Source: Camelus dromedarius (Eukaryota). Taken from it: a stretch of 64,000 nucleotides of DNA. Below the pieces are notes generated by a model. It had not been told where the DNA came from. It saw only the letters and a list, made by a program, of their open reading frames with translations, and did no database searches. The stretch is from assembly GCF_036321535.1 (NCBI RefSeq), contig NC_087436.1:101558001-101622000 (forward strand), written 5' to 3'. How positions within the stretch are numbered: the stretch's first letter is position 1; every line of letters starts with the position of its first letter. A program made the translations under genes and the position numbers. Below, piece after piece: positions 1-12,900 of the stretch.

Positions 1-202
1 AAAATTTTTGGTAAAGGACCAAATAATAAATATTGCAGGCTTTGCAAGCCATAAGGTATCTCTTGCAACTACTTAATTCTGCTTTTGTAGCCCAATAGCA
101 GCCACAGAAAATACATAAACAAATGGGCAGGCTATGCTCTAATAAGACTTTGTAAAAACAGATGGATTTGGTTCATGAGCCATAGTTTGACTGTCATGCT
201 CT
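1..202 (+). mobile_element. MER58A-like hAT-Charlie DNA transposon (left end at window edge)
   Basis: Resembles the MER58A consensus throughout (GTAAAGGACCAAATAATAAATATT...GCAACTACTTAATTCTGC...GCAGCCACAGAAAATACATAAACAAATGGG...GCCATAGTTTG). A second MER58-like end (CCATAGTTAACTGACCCC) follows at ~235-252. Confidence 0.75.
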
Positions 203-427
203 AAAAGAAACATGAATGTGGCTATACCCATGAACCATAGTTAACTGACCCCATCCAGCACTGAACAAAAGCAGACTGAGCTTTTAAAATACTTTTTATT
301 ATTATGAAATGCCTCATAAATATAATTCTATATGTTATATAAATGTTATAGGACATAAATAGTAAAACAATAATAAAATGAGCAATCGAGGAGTGTTACC
401 AGTACAGTTAAAATTCCCTCTATGACC

Positions 428-507
428 CTTTTTTTTTTAATTGAAGTATAATCAGTTTCCAATGTTGTGTTAATTTCTGGTTAATCACTATAGCATAGTG
501 ATTCAGT

Positions 508-546
<39 letters not shown>

Positions 547-980
547 ATTTCTTTTCATATTCTTTATCATTATAGACTATTACAAGTACTGACTATAGTT
601 CCCTATGCTATACAGTAGGTCCTTGTTGTTTATCTGTTTTATATATTGTAGTTAGTATCTGCAAATCCTGAACTCCCAGTTTATCCCTGCACCCAACTCT
701 TTTACCCCTGGTAACCATAAGTTTGTTTTCTATGTCTGTGAGTCTCTTTCTGTTTTGTAAATAAGTTCATTTATGTCATTTTTTAAGATTCCACATGTAA
801 GTGATATCATATGGTATTTTTCTTTCTCTTTCTGGCTTGCTTCATTTTGTATGACAATTGCCAGGTCCACCCACGTTGCTGCAAATGGCATTATTTTATT
901 CTTTTTTATGGCTGAGTAGTATTCCATCATATAAATATACCACACCTTCTTTATCCAGTCATCTGTCGATGGACATTTAG
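428..980 (-). mobile_element. L1 3' fragment (ORF2 C-terminus, 3'UTR, poly-A)
   Basis: Poly-T at 428-438. ORF 730..945 reads WYIYMMEYYSAIKKNKIMPFAATWVDL...QKEKEKYHMISLTCGI, the L1 ORF2 C-terminus. Similar to the copies at 41.3 kb and 62 kb. Confidence 0.95.
507..546. repeat. (TA)n(TG)n compound microsatellite inside the L1 3'UTR
   Basis: Directly visible. Confidence 0.95.
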
Positions 981-1489
981 AAGTTTTGTTAAATACTTAT
1001 ATATATATCCTTAGTTTTTGTATACTTTTGTTTTTATGTAATGGATGCCATACCTGAGGCAGTTTTTTTGGTGCTGTTGCTAAGTCACATATATTTCTGA
1101 GACTGATATATTTTGATTTGACTGACCATGGCTCATTCATTTATACTCCTGTAATTAATTCTAATGTATAAATATAGAATTGCTTTGCCCATTCTTTTAC
1201 TTTAGAAACTTTTTGGCTGTTATGAGTTCCTTCCTATTATAAACAACCCTGGAATAAATATTATTGTTCACTTCAAGTAAAAAAATAATTCCATGGGATA
1301 TATTAGCTTTATCTATTTTTATTCACTTGAACATGTTTTTTCTCTTTAATCACTTTATGGAAGAAAAATGTTAATATCTTTTTGAATGTTAATCCAAACT
1401 TACATACAGGAGATAAAAATTAATTTAGATTAGATTTTGAAATATAGCCTGATTAAGTTTTCCAGTGCATTGTTTAAATGCTTTGTATT

Positions 1490-2072
1490 CATGAGATTAT
1501 ATATATATATATACACACATATATATATTCCTAATTTATATATGTGTGTGTGTATATATATATAATTCCTATTTTTATATATGTGTACATATACATGTGT
1601 ACATATATAAAAATAGGAATTGGTTCATGAGATGATAGAGGTGGCAAAGTCCCAAGATCTGCAGTTGGCCAGCTGCAAACCAGGAGAGCTAATGGGATAG
1701 ATCTATTCTGAGTCCAGAGTCTTCTGAACCAGGAGAATCAACGGTGTCAATTCAAGTCTGAAAGCCTATAGGCTGGAGAACCAAGGAGAGCTCATTTTCA
1801 ATTTGAGTGCAAAAGCTTGAAAAATACCAATGTCTCCAAGCAAGCAGTCAGGCAGGAGAATTTCCTCCTGTTCGGCCTTTGTCTCCTGTTTAGGTCTTCA
1901 ATTGATTGGATGAGGCTTTCCCACATTAGGGAGGGCATTCTGCTTTACTTAGTCTACCAATTTAAATGTTAATTTTGTCTAGAAGATCCCTCACAGACAC
2001 ATTTAGAGTAATGTTTGACCAAAAGTCTGGGCACCTCATGGCCTTGGCAAGTTGATAGATAATTAGCCATCA
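1490..2072 (-). mobile_element. MLT2-family (ERVL) solo LTR with expanded TA/CA/TG simple repeat at ~1498-1610
   Basis: AGGAATTGGTTCATG...AAGTCCCAAGATCTGCAGTTGGC...CCCTCACAGACAC...AATGTTTGACCAAA...GGCAAGTTGA...TTAGCCATCA matches the reverse complement of MLT2B-type LTRs. Confidence 0.85.
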
Positions 2073-2079
2073 GAAACAT

Positions 2080-2490
2080 TTTTCAGGGCTTTGACCAAGG
2101 TGTAACAAAGCATGATTCACCTGTGCCAAAAAATGATCTAGTGATGTGTTGAGAATGACTGAAATGTATGGGTAGTTGCAGGGAGGCCTTTTAGGAGGGA
2201 GGTAAAAAATCCAAGGAAAAATCCAAGGATGGCAGCTGTAGAGCTAGTAAGAAGTAATAAGAATCTTAATAGATTTTGAGTCTATTGACAGAGCCAACAG
2301 AATTTGGATATGGCTTGAAAAAGTAAAGAAGTCAAGGACAATGCCAAAGTTTTTATTTTTAAAAAATGGAAGAATGGAGTTGACATGATCTGCTTTGCTA
2401 TAGTAACTAGGTAAGCAGATTTGGGAGAGAAGAGAACTAGAGTTGCATTTGACACCTTAATATGAGATGTCTATTAGACATTCAAGCTAT
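2080..2490 (-). mobile_element. L2 fragment
   Basis: GTCAAGGACAATGCCAAAGTTTTT, GGAAGAATGGAGTTG and GAGATGTCTATTAGACATTCAAG are typical antisense L2 motifs. Confidence 0.7.
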
Positions 2491-2789
2491 TATTAATTTA
2501 TCGAGGCATTTGTTAATAATGAATTAAATTTTGACTCTTCCACGACATTTGACAATTTTCATAGATTAAAAAAAGATGCAAAAGTGAAAGTGTAAACTAC
2601 GCTTCTGTAGTTGAAACATATCTTCAGAGGGGCTCTATCTGGGCACTTGCAAATCATGCTACAAATCTGAGAACCCAGTTTGACTTTACATGGCTTAGAC
2701 TTAGAGCCAGCCTTTCCTACGCACACAGCTACGTGCTGGGAAGCAAGAAGTTGAGAACACCGATGAGATCCCTTTCAACGGTATGCCAA

Positions 2790-3245
2790 TCTCTCGATGA
2801 CTTTGTCCCAAACTGCTTTTCCAGCCTCATTATTCATTGCCCTCAAGCATTTTTCTCCAATATTTCAGTTATTTTCTGCTTGCTAAAGTCTTTTTCCCAC
2901 CCCATATCTTTACCCATGCTTATCTTTCAGTCTGAGAAGATCTGGTTTCTCATTTTCTGGTTCTTAAAATCGTTCACCTGAAACACTTAAAACAATTACT
3001 CTCTCCTCCATGAAATTTTCCTAATGTTAAAATAAATTATTTTTTTTCTCATATGCTTCCATCACATATTTTGGAAATCAATAACTATTTTACAATTCTA
3101 GAATGTATTATAGTCTGCTATATCTGCCTGTTTTTTTTTAAGTAAGGCTGCAGTGTTACTATGAACAGTATTACTATAAACATCATTTATCTTTTTTATT
3201 CTCCAAACACCTTGCACATGATAGGTGATTAGCATTGTATGATCA
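2790..3245 (+). mobile_element. Highly decayed L2 3' end
   Basis: TTCCAGCCTCAT..., CTCCTCCATGAAATTTTCC... and CACCTTGCACATGATAGGTG resemble the L2 3' region. Confidence 0.45.
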
Positions 3246-4359
3246 TTTCATTCAACTGAACAAATAGAGTATTTGAACAGAAGTAAAATGAAGCAATGAA
3301 TAATGCAGGTTTAAAAAATCATTCTATTATTGTAGACAACTCTTTATTATACTTTAAAAATCACCCCTACTTGTCCCCAGTCAGTGCTTGGTACCATGGG
3401 AGAAATTGTGAAATCCACAGCTATAATCATCCTCACCCTCATTTTTAACATCATGCATTTATTTTTATTTCTTGCTTTTAGAGATTGACACATTATGATT
3501 ATACATTAAGAAAATATCACGGATATAACACCAACCAAACATTTAAGGAGTGCAGTAATTAAATCATGCATTTATTGGTGTGTATAAACATTATTTAAAG
3601 CCAATAAATAAGTTTATATCACGAAAGAGGAGCAATTCTTATGATTATACTGTGAGGGGACAGGGAATTGGTTTTTAATAATTTCTAATTTGCTCCATCT
3701 TTCCTGTGTAAATGACCAGATTTAGAATTGCTCATAGCTTCCCCAAACTTATTATCTGACCAATAGAGAGAATAATTAAATGCTTACTTCATTCTCTCCA
3801 ATTGCATTGTTACTATTTATACAACTATAGGAAGTCATCATTAAGGACTACATGAATTATTCAAAGAACCATTATAATTAAGTGTGTGTAAACAGGAGAA
3901 AAATCTTAATAATTAAATTATTTTCCAAGTGTGGAAATGGAATCACTTTTATTATTTCTTAGCAATAATAAAGAAAATACAATATTTTGTCACATACTGA
4001 GATCATTAACTTGACAACCTAAACTATGCAATCTTCAGCCAAGTAAAAGAAAGGTAAAAAAATGGAGTCTAACCAGCTAAAAGTAATGTCATAAAGTCCA
4101 ATGAAGTAAAGCTGATACACATTAAACACATTAAACACATTCTTTTTTAAACACCTTATTCCTCAGGCAGAACCAACCTACTGTTATTTAGATGTTTTTT
4201 TGTCATGCTTAAATTATTTCACAATCCAATATAGAATTGAAAGAATAAGTTGAAAGTCGAGAGAGGCTATGAAAGTGTGACAGTCACAAGAAGAGAGTCA
4301 AAACCATAACAGAACGCAGAGCCTCTAAGAAAATGTTAATAAAGATAGACTCTACAGAT

Positions 4360-4445
4360 GCGAGTCTTGAGTGAGCACGTATGTATTGTGTTATATTTAA
4401 TATTGACCGTAATGACCTTACAAGTGAGAAAACTGAGGCTGACAA
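4360..4445 (-). mobile_element. MIR fragment
   Basis: TTACAAGTGAGAAAACTGAGGCT MIR core. Confidence 0.55.
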
Positions 4446-6489
4446 TGGCTAAAAGAATTGTTTATATTGGTTTGGATTATTTACTGTGTGACCAAGCTGG
4501 ACTAAGGATATTCTCTGAAAAGCACATTTATTTTCACCTTGAAAACCACCTTGAGAATCAGTTTGAGATCCCGAACTGTTGGGATGGACTCCCAATGACT
4601 TTGACCCAGTCAAACGTACATTTAGATAGAGCAGAGATTCTGAGCTGGCGTCCTAGTTCCTTTATGAGAAAAGATAATGACAATGTCCGGTTTGTAATAA
4701 TCCAGATTTTCAAAGCTATAAATAAACAATGTATGTATGAAGGAAAATGGGGCTGGCTGTCCAATGAATAACTGAGAAGCAGGAATATGTTCTTCCACAA
4801 GTAAACAAAGAATATACATCATTCACTGTAATGGAACAACATAGATTACAAATTGGGTCTTTAACTAAAAGTGAGCCAAAGAGCTGCAGCTGATGCTACT
4901 GTTTATTTTTAAAGACACTACAATTTTTGCAAAGGAAGACATTACAAAACTTGAAAGAATAGCTATAATTCTAAAGTCATCCCAAAATGGGGAGAAAAAG
5001 TGTTATGCTGATTAATATTCTTTATCAGAAAGTTTTCAGAAAGAAATGGTAACAAACACAAATGTCATGAAATGAATGGATATTTATCATTTATAAATTA
5101 ACATAACAGTTACAGTCACCAAACCCACATCAAAGCATTAAACTCCTCCTTGAACCTTACATTGATGGTTGCTAGTTATCACCCAAGATAGATTTGGGTT
5201 TGTTGCTCCTCTCTCTTCTCTTTCCGTTCTTGCCCTGTTCTCTCTCTCTCCTCTAATCTATCCATCCATTCATCCATCCTTCAATCCAAGATTTTGGTAT
5301 AATATAATTTAATTGTTTTTTTTCCTCAACCCACATGATCAATCTCCTTAACATTTACTGTGCTTTTCCAGCATTTGATTGTCCTTGAATCTCTGCATCT
5401 ACCCTTGTTCTTTTCTTTACTCTGCCATGCATCATGGTGGTGACTGGTGCCGTATTTTCTAAGGATTCTAATCAGCTGACTTCCGGCTATGACTCTTGGA
5501 AGGTGTTGTTGGGAGATAGTCAAGGGCAGGAAATGAATAGATGGAATTTATTTTATCTTGGATTATGAGGGAGTGGTTCTCTTTCCTCTGTGGATGCAAT
5601 TTCTCCCAGGTAAACTCACTATGTATTCTACCTCCTCCATCTACCCTGGGTCCAGATTCCCCCTCCCCCCACAAGATAACCCTCCTCTCTTGAGTCTCCA
5701 GCTGAGAGGTGATAGCAGCTACTTGATATTGCTGATTTATGGTCTGTTCCACTCTCCTAATTTAGATCTGTATCTTTTCTGTCACTTGTAGAACCAATTC
5801 TCTGTATTCAGGAAGTTTCTGTTATCTAGTTAGACCCTGATTAACACAGCAACCTAAACATTTACTTCCTCACTCTAAATTTTTTTTGAACGCAGTATGA
5901 ATAAAATGAGTAATGTTTTGAGTCTATCTTCTGTTTTCACTGTGGAATAAAGGGACTTCTGGCTCAGCCAGTTGGGTTTCTTCCACTCCCCTGACCTCTA
6001 GAGGATTTGTTTATTGCCAGCTAATTTCTTACCGTGATAAAAGCAGGACTGGAGCTATTCAACTGTATGAGTAAGGGTGTTGTGAGATCGTTTTTGAAGA
6101 AAGAGGTGTATGTATAGCTGTTGCAGGTGCAGGAAATAGATGACAGAGAAAAAGACGAGTTTTAAGAAATATTACTATGTACTACATTTATGGAGTAAAA
6201 TAAGCCAACAAGAGTTATTTTAAAAAGTGTTATATTTGTATGGCTGTGTCTATTCAAGTACGTGTATCACATGAGGGTATTCCAGAGGAAGCAAGAGCTG
6301 TTGCTCATAATGGAAGTAACGATGGTCCATTGCAAAAATCTTACTCATTCGCTTCCATCTATTTTTGCCTTCCTTCTGTTGGTCTCTTATTGATTTTCTG
6401 TTTTTCAACTTGTTTTTCTCAAACATAAATTCTAAAACTGAAGTTTTGATTGATTCTGAAAATGTATTTAACAATAATTTTAATATGTG

Positions 6490-6685
6490 ACATTTATTTT
6501 CTGCTGATTATATGATAAGCACTGGTACACATGCCTCATACGTATTACCTCATTGAGTCCTTACCAGGGTCCTGTGAGTTCAGCAACGTTATTATCCTCT
6601 TCCATAGCAGGAAAAAACAGGTTCTGAAGTCAAATGGAAACTCTGCATTCTGACTTCGGTTACTAAGCTTTTAACTACTATGCTA
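6490..6685 (-). mobile_element. MIR
   Basis: ATTACCTCATTGAGTCCTTAC...CCTGTGAG...TTATTATCC...TCTGACTTC...TTAACTACTATGCTA. Confidence 0.6.
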
Positions 6686-7846
6686 AACATAAAATACAAG
6701 ATTTACTGAATCTTATGAAAATATATATGAAAGGAAATTTGTAAATTTCCAAATTTCTGATAAGGGTAGTGCAATTTGGGAACAATGAATTTGCAAGTGC
6801 ATAGTTAGTAGCATGTAGAAATAAGTAACTCCTAAATTCTCATGTTTAATTGTAGAAGCAAATTTCATAGGTGAAAAAAATATTTAGGATTTTCCAGAGG
6901 CCAACATTTTGATTATTTTCTGAGAGGTTTCTCTACAGAAAAAATACACTTGTTAGACTTGTTTGTTTAAGAATTACAAATAAAATCACAAAATAATTCT
7001 TTTGTGTATTACTTCCTTTGTATTCTAAATATTGATCAAGGTTTACACATAAAATCTTACTCACTTATTTCTCTTTTTCTGAATTTGTTTACTCCCATGA
7101 TTTTTCACATACCTTTTATTGATAAAAAATAAAACTCACTAGGAAATCATTATTGATTTGAAGATGACAAATGTACATAAATTCTTGATAGCTTTCTGGG
7201 ATTATATTTCATGCTGAGATAATGGCCTAAGAATTCAGAGTGATGTTTTCATAATCGTGTAGTTAAATACCTGATTATCTTAGATACAATTTGTGCTATG
7301 TGAAAAATCCATGACTTCATTGTTGAAGTTAAAAAGTAGGATTTTACTTATAGTTTTTGCCTAAGCTTCATTTTTTATGTGTGCCTCTGGTCCTTTCACT
7401 CTGCTTAGAGTTTATTTTTTGCTTAAGATACATACACTCTTCCTGTTTTTCACCTGTGACCATCCTTCTTTTTCTAATTACAACCTCAGCCCTTAAGAAA
7501 ACTGTGAAGTTCTTTTTTAGAGCTAAGTTCAATGTGTACTCATCCTTCTCTTATTGTTATAGTGAAATACATGTCATTCTCACTTATCTAGAGATCATGA
7601 AACCAACTATCAAAAACTAGGACAGCATCAAAATACAAAATACAAATGAGCTGCCAAAGTTTTCATTCAGACATCTACCATATCAGGAATCTAGGAGCCA
7701 TGGCGAGCACCATATCCAAACACCATCCAAAGGGTTTCTTTTGGAATTTTTTTTCCAAAACTCTTGCTCAGGAATTGGTCATTTGGAATCTGTTCTACGT
7801 TAAGAATATTTCTTCTCAGTTTTCCCTGGAACTTGTCCATCACTCT

Positions 7847-8321
7847 TTCTAGGGATTGAATTGTGTCCCCCGATAAGGTATGTTGAAGTCCTAACTTTCA
7901 TACTTGTGCATGTGACCTTATTCAAAACTAAGCTTTTTGCAGATGTAATCAAGTTAAGATATGACCATCAGGGTGGGCCCTAATCCACTATAGCAAGTGT
8001 CCTTATAAGAAGAGGCATAACTGGGCACAAATATACACAGAGAGGAGAATGCTGTGTGGAAACACGCACACTCAGGGAAGATGGCCATGTGAAGATGGAG
8101 GCAGAGATTGGAGTTACACTGCCACAAGAAGTAGAAAAACTGGGGCTACAAGTAGGTGGAAGAGGCAAGGAAGGATTCTTCCCTACAGGTTTCAGAAGTG
8201 TGGTTAGCCAGTACCTTATTATTGGACTTCTAGCCTGCAGAAATGTGATACAATAAATTTCTGTTGTTTTAAGTTTCCCAGCTTATGGTACCTTGTTATG
8301 ACAACCTTAAGAAACTAAACA
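7847..8321 (+). mobile_element. MLT1C-like MaLR solo LTR
   Basis: TTGAATTGTGTCCCCC...TATGTTGAAGTCCTAAC...GTGACCTTATT...TTTGCAGATGTAATCAAGTTAAGAT...GAAGATGGAGGCAGAGATTGGAG...AATAAATTTCTGTTGTTTTAAG...AAACTAAACA. Confidence 0.9.
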
Positions 8322-8388
8322 AGCTTTGACTACAACCAGGCAATGTGCATGGCTTTATTAATACACACTCTATCTTGAGCTTGATGAC

Positions 8389-8749
8389 TATCTTAGTCAG
8401 TTTGGGCTTCTGTAACAAAAATACCAAAGACTGGGTGGCTGAAACAACAAATACTCATTTCTTACAATTCTGATGGCTGGGAAGTCCAAGATTAAGGAGC
8501 TGACATATGTTGTCTGATGAGGGCACTCTTCCTGATTTGCAGATGACTCTTCTTGTTGTGTCTTCACATAGCAGAGATCAGAGAGAAAGAGAGCAAGGTC
8601 TTATGTTTCTTCTTATAAGGGCGCTAATCCCATTCATGAAGGCTTCATTCTAAATACCTCCCAAAGGCCCCACCTCCTAATACCATCATATTGAAAGTTC
8701 GAATTTCAACATATGCATCTAGAGGGGACAAATCATGAAGCCCATAACA
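8389..8749 (-). mobile_element. MLT1A-like MaLR solo LTR
   Basis: TCTTAGTCAGTTTGGGCT...AGACTGGGTGGCT...GGCTGGGAAGTCCAAGAT...CTAATCCCATTCATGA...CCTCCCAAAGGCCCCACCTCCTAATACCATCA...CCATAACA. Confidence 0.9.
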
Positions 8750-9457
8750 CCATACCTTTAGCCTATTCAGCAGACTTGTCTCTGCCATTACAGGTACACT
8801 AATAATAGTGCAATAGTGCACGTAAGTCTAAAACCTGGCATAGTCCTCATATCATGCATATGGATATAAAAAGTTCATCCACTGAAGCTCATGAATTTCA
8901 TTCTCAGATTGACCTTCATGTCCTCATTATCACTCTTCTATTTTCATATCCAACTCTAAGAAAATTAGTTCTTCTGATTCCCCTGTTCCATAGATGATTA
9001 GAAGCAGCAAATTGAGTGGGGAGGAAGGAATTCAAGAAATACATTCAGAATGGCAATTATTACAGAGCCATGAGGTGGTAAGTTTGAAACCTGCCTTAGA
9101 ATATAAATTGTATCACAAATAATCTTCTGGAGATTGGGAATTGGCCTTAATGTTTCAAGACTTATTTTTCTCATTTGTTTAATGGAAAACCATAATACCA
9201 TTATGGCACTTAATGATGTAGCATTTGACAAGTACTCAGTTTAACAAATAGCAGGAAATACTATCAAAGTTTTCCCCTTTTTTTTAATTTCTTGAGGGAT
9301 ACCATCTAGTATCACCAACTATAAGGAAAAAAAAACTGTTCTTACATTTTTATTTAGTGCTTTAATTACTAAGCATGGATTTGACCTTGAATCTTTGACA
9401 AAATGATTAAACAATGATCAATAACTAGCAAGAACTTATGCAGTCCATTTTGGAATT

Positions 9458-9972
9458 TGTGTTAGATTTCTGTTGCAGCTGTAACAAAGTACCACAAACT
9501 TAGTGGCTTAGAAAAACACAAATTTATTACTTTTCCATTTGGTAGGTCAGAGATCTGATACAGATCTTTTCAGGCTAAGATCAATATGTTCTGTGTCCCT
9601 TTGTGTAGGCCCTAGGGGACAGTTTGTTTTCTCGTCTTTTCCTTTTTCTAGAGCCAGCCTGCATTCCTTGACTCATGGAGCTCATCGTGCATCTTCAAAC
9701 CAGCAACACTGTAAGCCCCTAACCTTTTTTGTATAGTCACATCTTTTCCTTTGACTACATCCAGAAATGAGTTCTCTCTTAAGGACTCATGTGAGTAGGT
9801 TGGTCCCTCCCAGATAATCCATTATAATTTTTCTCTTCTCAATGTCCTTAAGTTTAGTAGCATCTTGAAAGTCCCTTCTGTTATGTACGGTAACAGATTC
9901 ACAGGTCCATGGATTAGGATCTCTACTTTGGAGCCAATGAGGTTGGGTGGGAACATTATTCTACCTACTACA
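9458..9972 (-). mobile_element. MLT1D-like MaLR solo LTR
   Basis: TGTGTTAG...GCTGTAACAAAGTACCACAAACTTAGTGGCTTA...TTAAGGACTCATGTGA...CAGATAATCCA...TTCACAGGT...GGATTAGGA...ATTATTCTACCTACTACA. Confidence 0.85.
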
Positions 9973-12900
9973 AAACAGTTTCCTTAGTCCTTTAAATGAA
10001 TTTCTTCAGTTATACTGAATATTCATTGTATGGAATAACTAATTTTCAGAAACTCTGGATAAATAAGATTGAATATTATTTTTGGAATTTATTCTATTTG
10101 TAACAGTAGAATCTCTGATGCTTATTTTGATTCATGGAAGTATGTTGGATCCATCACATACCTAATTATTCCTGTTAGTGAAGACTTCTTAAATACTATA
10201 CTCATGCAGTAAATGTTAATTGCCTCTATTCCTTGAACTGTTTTCTGTTTGGGGTATCCATTCCCTATAATGTTCTCTAGATTTGGTAATTTTATCTGCT
10301 CCTTGCACTAATTTTAAATTCCTTGTCACTAAATGGAAATTTGTGAAATGTATTACTACAAATTTCAATCTCAAAATGTAAAGTAAAAATAAGAAATGAA
10401 AAGTTTTCTGAATCAACATGTTTTTCAATTTCACTGTATCTAATTTTTTAAAAATGGAAATAGCATTGTCTATTCTCCTGTATTCTAGAGTTCTAAATAG
10501 ATTAACCAAAGAGTAAACCTGCTATGAATACATTACAATGCCTATAAGTTTCATGTATTTTTGAACTCTATGTGCTTTACAAACAAACAGGAGTGCTAAT
10601 ATCTTCTTTGTGAATCAAAGATTCTGAATATTAAGAGTTAGACATAAAGAAACTGAGTTCTAGCATTATTAGATTACTTCAACATAGTTATTAAGCTAGA
10701 TGCTAAACTAAATTTAATTCCACTGTGGACTTAATAAACAACTTAGAGGAAGAAACCATATACTGAGACTGACCTGATTGCAAAGTGTATGTATGAATTC
10801 ATTTGTAGTTTACACAACAAGTATTTATTTGGTGACAGATATTTTACTAATTGCTACAAATAGAGTAGGGAATAAGAAAGATCATCTGATGTCCTTTAGA
10901 GTCTACAATTGAGTTTAGGCAAATTTGTCATAGAAATGTACTTTTTTCTCTTTCAGAACCCTTCCACCATTTCAAGTTTCACTGATGTCCCCACAAGTCT
11001 CTTTCCCTTTGTCAACTTTAAATGACAATAATTCACCTAATTTGAGAATTAACTCTAGCTTTTATTATCAAATATATTCTTGGTATAATTCTACTGAAAT
11101 GTGAAAATCTACAAAAATAAATAAAACTTCAAAAGCTTAATGAAGGGTTCAAAATGTATGATTTCTAGCAAGATGGGAGATAGTTGGGATAAAATGGCCT
11201 ATAAATATATTTTAAAAGGCCCATTCTAATTATACTCAATACTAATTAAATTTAGAACTTAGCAATGTGTTTATTAAAACATGCAAATTTACTATTATAA
11301 AATTAGTATTATGAATAAAGAAACTAAATCTGTAACATTTAACCTAATTTAAATTTTCTAAATACTCTGAGTTTCTTTGAGAAACTGATGTCTCATTGAA
11401 ATGAAGAGAAAGAAGTTGATGTTTTCTTTTATGAGTGTTGACTTTGCCAAATTGGAACAACCCTCCCACTGTCACCACCCCTGCCACCAAAGAAATAACT
11501 ATGAGCAACTCATTTCGTAAAAGTAAGGAGAGTTGAGTCAGATATTTTATTTCTATTAACAGCTGTTCCCTACTGATTCATTTTGTGAATTAAAAATAAA
11601 TCACTCACTGATAATTTGTATTTACGTGCCACCTTTCTTCTGTGAAGCTAAAAAAGATTTAACATCTTTCAACTTCAATTTTTTCCCCAAAGGTTAAAGA
11701 AAAAAGAATTATAATGCCAACCATTGCCCCTCAATGTTATAAATAAAAGTCTTTAAACCACTTTGATGATTTATGATAAATATTGCCAAGTATAAAATAC
11801 TATTATTAACTACACATTGATTATAAGATGTCCATCATGAAAGAGTAACTTTATAACTTTGAAATTATCACTACTGTTTCGAACAGAAACAGTATTTGGT
11901 TAGAAAGAAGGCATGCACTTTGAAACTTCAAAACTGAAATGTCAGATAGTTACACATAAATGCAAGAGAAAAAGTTCATTCCACTTACCACTACTCAGTA
12001 CTTCCTCCTCCCTACCCATTTTATTTTTTAATGCATTAAAATTATTCTTTGAGTAAAGTGTCCATTTAAATGATTGCTGTATTTTAAAAAACATTTTAAA
12101 TGTGATGGGATGGCCATTCCTCATGCTGTCCAGGTGTTCTGGGCTAATTCTGATGGCTTAAGCGACCTCAGTGGCAGACAAAGAGACCACAGGGAGTAAT
12201 GTTAATCATAGGACAACATAAAGCCTAAAATCAATGCTTTTTTTGTTTTTGTTTTTCTTCAATTAAAGCAGTTCTTGCTTTATTAAGAATGCAAAGGTAT
12301 GGAGAACTGTCTTTCATTCAAGAAAAATTTACTGAGATACCCCATAAAATTGTCTTTCTACGTCTATACAAATCATCAATATAGTTATAACAGATCTTAA
12401 AATGCAACATGGCTCATGGAAGAATCAACTTGTATTTGAATTTTTTATTCGATTTTTTTTTGATTTGTTATATCCTCTAAGGCATACTAACAAAGAAATA
12501 ACTTCTTTTATCCATCAACATTAAAATGGCTACTCTCTCTCTCTCTCTTTTTTTTTTTTTTTTTTTTTACAGTGATAGCCTGGTTTATTGAAAACAAATT
12601 CTTAGTTATTTCTAGTGTTGATCATGCTACTCTCTTTTTAAGGAGATAAAATAGACTGGAGCTCTAACCAATGTTTCAGGCTGTGATTTTAGATCTCCTT
12701 TGAAAGACAAACAAAACAAAGCAAAACAAAATATCTGCCAAAGATGCAAGGAGCTGTTTTATTACTGAGAGAGATGGTGTCTAACTAATATGTTGATCTC
12801 ATTGTAGCTATAATATTAAACTCAGTAGTTTTTAAATATTGAGGGTCTATTTCTTCTAATAGCCATCATTATCACAACTATCCTTAGTAAAGCAACAATT

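Noticed and set aside
4358..4771. 137-aa plus-strand ORF
   Set aside because: N-terminus is translated MIR (LQVRKLRL); remainder unrecognisable.
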